A DNA stretch of 64,000 nt from contig JAQGDQ010000220.1 of NCBI GenBank assembly GCA_030141605.1, positions 225,786 through 289,785 of the forward strand, in the 5' to 3' direction. This DNA comes from Tubiluchus corallicola. Taxonomy: Eukaryota > Animalia > Priapulida. The notes below the pieces were generated by a model that was given only the letters and a program-made list of their open reading frames with translations, was not told the origin of the DNA and did not search any database. Both the position numbers and the translations under genes were made by a program. Below are positions 52,401 to 61,400 of this stretch, piece after piece (the first letter of the stretch is position 1; each line of letters starts with the position of its first letter).

Positions 52401-55400
52401 AAGTTAGAGAATTTTGACTAAATGACTTCCAAAAGCCAAACTGTGCCAATAACAATAACACAATTGCACTAGAATGTAAAAAACTATGAAACGAACCTGC
52501 AGCAGTTTTGTCACAAAAAAATGACAAAAAATATGTGTGCTTGCACAGCAAAAATATCTGCAAATCGGCATATAATATTTTTTAGTTGTTCACATATCCC
52601 AAATCTCTATTTCATGAGGATCATTTTAATAACAAGTTCATCGTTCTACATTATTTCTAAGCTGAGATAATCGAGATTGAAGATGAGGTGCACGCTGCAC
52701 ACAGTGAAAAATGTAACTTCGAGAAAATCTGGGCCTGACAACAGAAAAAACCGCAAACAAAATGACAGCTGCCACGAGCTATTATCGGAGTTTGAAAATA
52801 CAAGTTTTTGACAAACATTTTACTGGTTTTTAAGCAGAGAAGTGGGTAAGGAGTTACAAAATTAAATTTTTAGTACCTTCTAAACAATTTACTGACGTTT
52901 TGTTACTAGAACAGAAAAGTCCAATATATTTAGCACTCGTTTTTGTGAAAAACAAAAAATTGTTATGTGACCTAACCTTTGATGCATTTTACTTTGAAGC
53001 ACAATAATGCAGAACTTTTTAACTATGCTGACTTATGGACAGTTTTGGTTTGCAAGCACACATACCAGTTCAACATCTAATCGAGAATGTAAATTATAGA
53101 TATTAAACAATATAAAAATTTTTTTGTTTTCAATTGAATATTGTTAATATAAAAATAATTTTGGATATAGACACTTTACTCATACCTTAGTGACTGTCAC
53201 CAATACTGATAATTATAAAGAAAATATATAGTTTAGTGTGATGCCTGGCTTGTTAGGGTGAGCATTCAGAAACCTGCTGTTTCCGGGCCATTGCACTTCA
53301 GCTCCAAATTTACTGCTAATTTAGAACCACAGTACTAATTACCGTTGCTGCTATCTGAATTGTTTCGCTGAAAATGCTGTAAGCTCCTCTGTGTAAACTC
53401 GTCAATATTAGCGTTCTCGGTCAACTCGACATCGGGAAGAAGCAGCTTCTTTTCTACGTCAACCACAGTATCCATGGTGATCTTGGTGAGTACAGCAGTT
53501 GAAGATGTGACCGGACGTAAGACTCCTAAATGAGGCAACAGGGAATGCTCCGCAAGGTTAAATTCGACAACCTGTACATAGTGGAGAAATTTCACTACAG
53601 CAGCAGCTACCATGTCTTTTTAAAGATGGTATATAATGAATTTCCGCAACTCGAAAACTCACTTTGAAATTTTAAAGTGTTTCTCAAACATGCAACACTC
53701 TGAAACTAGTTGCTACAGCCATTAAATCCAATTTTTTTAAAACATCAGTTCAAAATTGGGCAATCTCTCCTTTTAACTGTTATATATATTTTTGAGGAGA
53801 GATATGAATAAACAAAAAACATAAATCTTATAAAAGAAATTTTTGGTCATTCAAATACACTGCTCAAATTCACTGACTACTTAAATTTGGTGGTATCAAT
53901 TGATTAAAAGCTGGCATGTAGTTAATCTCAAGGCCATAGCCGTTCTTAAGTTACGGGGAGCAAGCACATAAAAAAGTGCCGTGACCACACCAAACAATTT
54001 TTAAGGTATTGATTATACATTTTAATTTTGTGTTTAAAATTAAAACGCAATAAAAAGCTTTACAGTAAGCTCTTAAATCTCAAAAGATAATAAACACGTG
54101 TTATTTAGTTATTTTAATTTTAAATGTAAAATGAAAACAAAAGGAAGCATCGTGAAAAATGTATCATGAAAGAACTACAACAGTCTCTTTCGTCTAGGCT
54201 TCACTCTAGCAAAGTAATCTATAACTTTATTATAATCAACCTCAGTATGCAGCTCTCTTTCAATGGAGAGTAAAGCTAACTCGGACAATCTACCCTCGCT
54301 CATTGTAGAAAGAAGGGAGGACTTTATCTGTTTTAGCCGACTAAAGGATTGTTCAGCAACCGCACAAGTGAACTAAATTGTTTAAAAGGCGCCAATTCTG
54401 AAAAAATGTGCCAGGGGTGGTTGCTCTCCTTCTTCTCCATTAGCTACACCACTGGTTAATCTGCATGTTTGTAACAAACTGACAGTCTACCATGCAGGCT
54501 GATGCAGCATATTAGTTGTCAGTAACTGGCTGTAGGCCTGCCAGACGAAGAGAAATTAGCATCTTTCTTGTGAAATCAATCATATTATGTACATCACGCA
54601 CTCATAAAAAAACGGTAAGCAGAAGCAGTTAATACTCGATAGTAACTATTAAATAGGCTGAGTAAGCAGCAATAAGCCTTTCCACAGTTTCATTGTGTGC
54701 ATGCGCACTTGCTGTAGGTCAAAGGTTAAGTGTGCCCCAGCAACATGTCTTAACTATAACCATCACGTGACATGTGGGTAAAGTTCAGTGACTTCAGTTG
54801 TTTTACGTGGACTTTAATAAATTATGCGTTATTCTATGCGTATAGTCATTTACTAGCAGGATCTTGCTTGGGAAAAAGAAAAAATGAATTTGGTAAGGTT
54901 TTAGCTAGCTGTTAAAACTGTTACTGTTACAGTAGCATGGGCTGCAAGGCATTGTCAAGTGTGCACAAATGCGCTCTCCGGTACTCTTAATCTTCGACCT
55001 TTTCGTGATCATCATCATGGAACTGTGAAGACTTATTAAAGTAAAACAGATATGTATACACAGTATACCAAGAAAACAGCTTTAAAATGAGGAAATCGCC
55101 TGCTCACCAGGAGTTCTCCCTGATGACTGAGCTGCAGAAATGACTCCCGGAAGCTGTCCCGTGGATTTCTTATGGTACAACACCAGCTGTGATTGTCATC
55201 CAGACTACACAGTGGAACACACTTGCTTGAAAGGACACCCCTGTGGTGTAGAATCACGTTGGTGTCTGCCGAATTTTTGGTTCCTCCATGGACTGACGTC
55301 AGCTGTAAGGTACACACGGGCGTTCCTGAAAATAGATTTACTTGTAAATTACAGGCCTGCTGATGTGAGCATTGACCAAGAACGAAAGCAATGACCAGTA

Positions 55401-58400
55401 AAACAGCAAAAAAAATGCATCACAAGTTAATCGTGTTTTTCTTTTGGTGTTAGACTTATAAGCAGTACTTTTCTTTACAAACGAAAATATCGTCTAAAAT
55501 AAAAATGTGTCAGCTATATACTGCAATTTTTGATGTTCCATTAGTTAGGAGCCTACAAATAAAAACTTTTGATCAAAGCTTAGAGATGTAGAACACATTT
55601 CAACTGCTAGAAATGTCTTTCACTACTGCAGTAGTCAACGCTCAATAAAACCATCAAGGGTCCAGCAATAAGTGGTCTTAACAAATAACGGTTTTACTAT
55701 ATGCGATGGCCTGTTGCAAGTGTTTGAATTTCGGAAAGTACAGGACACAAACGCACCCTTAATTAACAGTATATGACAAATAAACACAAGGCAGTCAGCT
55801 TACTCACACCCCTACAGAATAACTCGACTGTACAACAGTGATTTAAGCTAACTCAGCAGGCTAAAATGTACTTTAGGAGCTGTACACGCAGAGTCGGTTA
55901 CGAGGGAACTGTCGACTTTAACTAAGAAGAGGTGAATCATAGAAATGTCTTAAATTTAAACTATGTATCTTAAGAAATAGACAGACTACTAAAAATACTT
56001 TTATTTTTTTCATTTTGCTGTTGCTTTTGCCATTTATTACTGAAAAATGTGGTCTTATTAAACGGCACACTCATTTTATTAACCAAATTTTTTTAACAAT
56101 AGCTTCCAGGGTGGTAATTCTGGACCGTGCCTAAATGGTTCTAAAATGTGACTGGTTTTATTATCCGTGGTTTCATTAAATTGCTAGTACTTTATTGTAG
56201 CTTTCAATCATTTTCACAACAAAAGACTATAAACAGAAACGATCCTGTAATCTTTTACAACTTCAGTAATATTTGCTAACCAACAAAAAGCTTTTGGATT
56301 CCTTTATTACACTTTATTTGAAAGTCAACTTCCAGTACACCACCAGATTACCATTACAAAAAGTGGCAAACAGCATACAGAAAAGTCATTATATTATTAG
56401 TCCTGTTGAAGGTGGCTCGCAATGTCGAAAGGAAATCAAATAACAATTTACCATCTACCTCAGTACTTTTATCAAATCAGTTGTATAAAAAACGTCATTC
56501 AAGAAAACCGAAGTTGTGACGCAAATGCGTTATGGTTGGTAAAATTACACAATCTTGCTCAAAGAGAGTAAAAATGATGAAATCTTGATGATCAAACAGT
56601 CAATATCCGAGCAGCGTACATGTAAGGCTGCTTTTGAGGCAAAGTTTCAAAACCACAACAAGAGGCAAACCTCAAAAGCATCTAAAATTGTTAATTTCCT
56701 TTAGTTTTCTATTGAAGATTAATTAATACATTGTAAGTGCAAACTGAACTGATTTTTAAACTGTGCAAAAGTAAAAACAACCACAACAGTTATTGACCAA
56801 TAAAGAAATGGAAGATGCAAATGTATCAGCTGTCGACTACATCGAAGAAGTGCGCAACACTTCGAAAATTTCACAGAACTTGGCAGAACTGATGTTTAAT
56901 AACTTAGCGTTAAGGTCGTATTTGACTGGACTGTATTCAGCGCATTTGATTCTTGGACTCCTCATAGTGTCTGGCAATGCACTAACAATCTTAGCCGTGT
57001 TCACTGCATCCAAACTGGAGAGTTCTATGCTGATGGTGGCCATCGTAGCATTAGGCGATATTCTAATCGGCATGAGCAGATTCTTTAAATTCATTCTCAT
57101 TTCAATCGACACAAATTATGGAATTCTGGCAGATCGAGGACCATGGTGCTGGGCTGGTATGGTGTTCGGTGTGGCCGGTAATCTCATATCTACATATGGA
57201 ATGTTGCTTCTTTCAGTTGACCGGTACATGAAGATTGTCCATCCACACTCGAGCGGAATAAAAGTAAAGCACGTCATCATGGTAGGAATTGCTATCATTA
57301 GTTTTTCTGTTACATACTCACTGATACCAGTTTTTACCACATGGAATGAATTAGGCGAGAAAGGTTACCCAAAAGACATTTTTAAGACAATGTTGTGTTT
57401 ATTGGGACCGGCGGCTAAATCTTCAGCCTTACTGTCAACCTTGCTATTCCTGACGGCCATGCTTTCATCGATTACACTTTACGTCGCCATCTATACGAGA
57501 GTGTGGAAAAGTCAACAGATAAAAGCAAAGATGTCTAAGAGCGGTTCGATGGGTTCTAACAGTAAAGCACTGCAAACGATAATACTTGTCGTAGCCACGT
57601 ATGTGCTCTGCTGGCTGCCTCAGTTAATATACTTAGTATTGGCCGGCAGACGAATCGGGTTGATTTATTTCTGGTATTTGTATCCAATATTAAACTGTAT
57701 ACTCACCTTCAACTCATTAGTTAATCCTCTCATTTATATGATTAGAATACCATCAATTCGTAACCAACTCAAACAAATGTTTTGTAAACGTATGTCTCAG
57801 GTTGGTGTTGAGAATACATAGAAGTAAAGATCTATGGTATGTACCAATAAGGTAGGATAACTGCTAAGCATAACGGCACATTCAGATTAGCGAGTTTTCT
57901 GCCACAAGTATTTTTTCCCTTGATGGCAAACTCGCAAATGTGAAATACTAGGTACTGTTGCGAGTTACTGCTGGCAAGTAATTGCAAACTCTCTGACAGA
58001 TGCTGCTACTTGATTTCCTGTGAATTACTGTCTAGTATGAATGACTTGGTGAGTCACTCTTGACACTTCTCCCAGAAAGCAGAGTAGGGAATGTCAGCTC
58101 ATGCTTACCAACTCGTAGCAAGTTATGCTCTGCATTCGGAACATGCTTGCAAGTCGCTAGCCTGAATTTACCATAATGTTTTGCATTATTTGATAAACAC
58201 ACGTACAATGATGTGGCTAATATGCTTATGAAATGAGATTTTAATTTACACTTTAAACACGTGAGGCAAGTAACTTGTCAACTGGAAGTAACTTGTACAA
58301 GTGTAACAGTAGTCAGCCTCACATGCAAGCAACAACAATGTGTTTGTTAATAAAAGCAACATGTTGTACAGCATTCTTGTAGCAAGCATAGTTAGCAAAG

Positions 58401-61400
58401 GTTAACGTGTTAAAACCAGTTCAGTCTGGGCATCACTACTGTCAAGTTTCCATAGGATGATTATTGTAAAATTAGTCAATAAAGTGCAGTGCAGTACAGA
58501 GTTCTGTTGTTTGTTTTATTTTCTACTGCAAACAAATTTTGTTTATAAAAAGTTTGGCACCACAGCCATCACAACAAAGCCACTATGTGATTATAATAAC
58601 ACAGGGGCAAGGGTCCGAGTGTTCAAAGTGTTTGCTTGGCTAACATGTTGCACAAGTTGTACAGTATGTAAAACTGGTCTGGGCCATTTCTTCTGACATA
58701 ACAATGTGAATATTTTTTCTCCGGGAATTATACAATTTAAAGAAACTCCTGTCTCTTCATTGCCTCACCTCAGAAGATTATTGCTGATAAGGAGACTAGG
58801 TTCTGACTGTCTTCAAAAAATAAATAATATTACCTGCATTAAAAAGGAAAAGCTTATTTCAAGGTTTGCGAAAAATATTAGAAGTATTTAGTAACAAAAA
58901 TGTGACAAGTGCCTCATGTAATTATTAAAATCACTTTAATTTCTCAATCATTTCACACTTGGGGGTCCCATTCTGAAAGCCCGTTCTTCCACCAATGATG
59001 TCATTTATCGGCACACACTATCCACACACACAAAACAACACACTATCAATTTCCGTCAAAATCATAATAAATTTTTGCAAAAAATTTTATGCCTAATTTT
59101 GTGATACTTTTGCCTGAACTTACGAAAAGCTAAGAAATTCACCAGTAACATCACAATTTTCAAGTGAATGGTGGCTACTACAGTACCTGAAAATTGCTGT
59201 ACAGCGTTAGTATGAACAAGCTTTATGGTTGGTCTATAGACAAATTTGTTTGCAAATTTCTTTGTTATATTATTAAGAAGTGATAAGTTTATGTTATAAG
59301 TATAAATGATAACAAAGAAAATAAAACCCAACATGCTAAGTATGGTGACTTGCCATTTTCCTTTAAAAGCTGTATCATAGTTTGTAGTGTGCGGAACAGC
59401 TTGAATAGACTCACAATTGGTAGTAGGAGGGTGCATTTGCTATTTTCGTCAGCAATGCTCAGCCCGCGCGTGTGTGTGGTACTGCATAAGTACACCAGAA
59501 ATATCTTAACCACATAGCTGCTTCCAGAAAAACTACTACTTGAACGTATAGCATTGATCCTTCTGGTGATCCTTACATTATTAGATGGGTAAAGACAGCT
59601 CCTAGTAAAGGAGCACCTAGAACAAATTGTAATAAAATTTTTCTCTTCGGATTTCTGTTAGAACATGGTCTCAGGTACACTCAACAAAAACTAGGCCAAA
59701 ATTGGCTTTGATACTTTTGAGATATATATGCATAAATCCAAGACGGCACAATTTGGCACCTACTGGGGCCAAAAATCAGTTATATCTCCTAAATCATCGA
59801 GCCTAGATGAAAAATATGTATTATCGACAGATAGGAAAGTGCACCCGTGGATTCCAAAAATAGGGTTGTTTTTAATCTGTGGCGTCATGATGATGTCACC
59901 ACACTATTATGACGTAATTAAGAACATCACTGCTTCACTGTTGTTGAAAATGTGAGATTGGAATTGATCTTTCAACATCCGTACTTGCAATAGCATTCAA
60001 AATTAGTTACAGGTTGGCCTAGCATGTCAACATTGCCCATTCACATTATTTCATTGGCATCTAGTGGGTGCCCATGGGTGTCAAAAATGACTGCTTCGCC
60101 TAAACAATTGATCCTAGCGGAAAATGATACTGTAATGACTGATCAGAAAGCGCACCATATGAATCCAGTGTTCCCATTTTTCAATTATGACGTCACAATG
60201 CTGTTGCCATGTCAAGCAAAGCATGATTGCTTTTCATTCTACTTTTGAGTGCTTGGCAGTGGCAACTAGCACAGGGAAGGAAACAGCTCTGCTGTTAGCT
60301 AGGTCCATCATTTTGGCAATGTGTTAAATTACAGCAATGTAATTAAGTAATGTTAAACCTAGTCATTAAATGGATGGGTGACCGCTTCAATACTATTGCA
60401 GTTTCGTTCACCATAATGATTCCAACTTACCCTGGATAATAAAATGTATTCTAGTCCTCCCGAAATTACCTATATTAAGCTTCACAGACAGACTCCACAG
60501 TCAATCAGCAAGCATTAAACTGGGCTACCTGTGGAAAACAGGAAAGTAACAGGAAGTATGCAGGATGTAGCTATCAAAGGATTTCACTGGTGCTTGTGCA
60601 ATTTAGCTAACACGTTTGGAGTTCAGTTTATTGGGAAGCAATGGAATTTTATGGATATCAAACATCAGTAACTGATTAAACTAGTTATCATAAACAAAAA
60701 AATAAGACAGAAAAGCACATTGAGAGTAGTACATAATAACTTACCATCCTCAGCCTGAAGAACTGCAGTAGAAGACATCGGAAGCGATGCTTGCCAAGTT
60801 CGCGAAATATTGCTTATTCTTGTAAAATATCTTTCTGTAAAAATGACGTAAAGGTCAATACTATCTCCTAGCTATTCAAACAATATGTGTATTCCACATT
60901 GTTGAAAAATATTGTTTGTACTATGGATCTTTTTTAGGTCTACAAGTGTAATGTTTGTGGCACTAACCACTTCGTTATGTATCAGTCACGCTCCAAAAAG
61001 AACATCATCGTGTTGATGTACTGCCGTGGTGCAATCTGTTAATTCTTTTAGAAATACGAAATAATCAACTCACAACAACCCTCTCCAGTTAAACAAAATC
61101 ACTTCTGTTACTTGGGAATTAATTCGAATGCACTGTGGAGTTTAAGAACTAACCTACCACCTAATCAAATTGAATACAAACATTAGTACCCTTCCACAGA
61201 GTTTAGGGTTTTATAGCATTGTAAGTATTTCTAAAAATTACTTCAATTTAATGAAACAAATGAAATCTTGGAAACGAAAAACATACCTAATGTTATTCTT
61301 CCAGCACTTTTACACAATTCAGCAAATGCTAAAAGTGAATTGTCTGAGCAAGATAACTTTGATGTAGGTAGAATATGACCATTCAGCATTGTAATTGACG

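Noticed and set aside
53572-53613. ATG of the 92-aa ORF as the start of an independent gene
   Set aside because: The phase of the upstream exon points to the TACAG acceptor at 53572, so the ORF is an internal TICRR exon.
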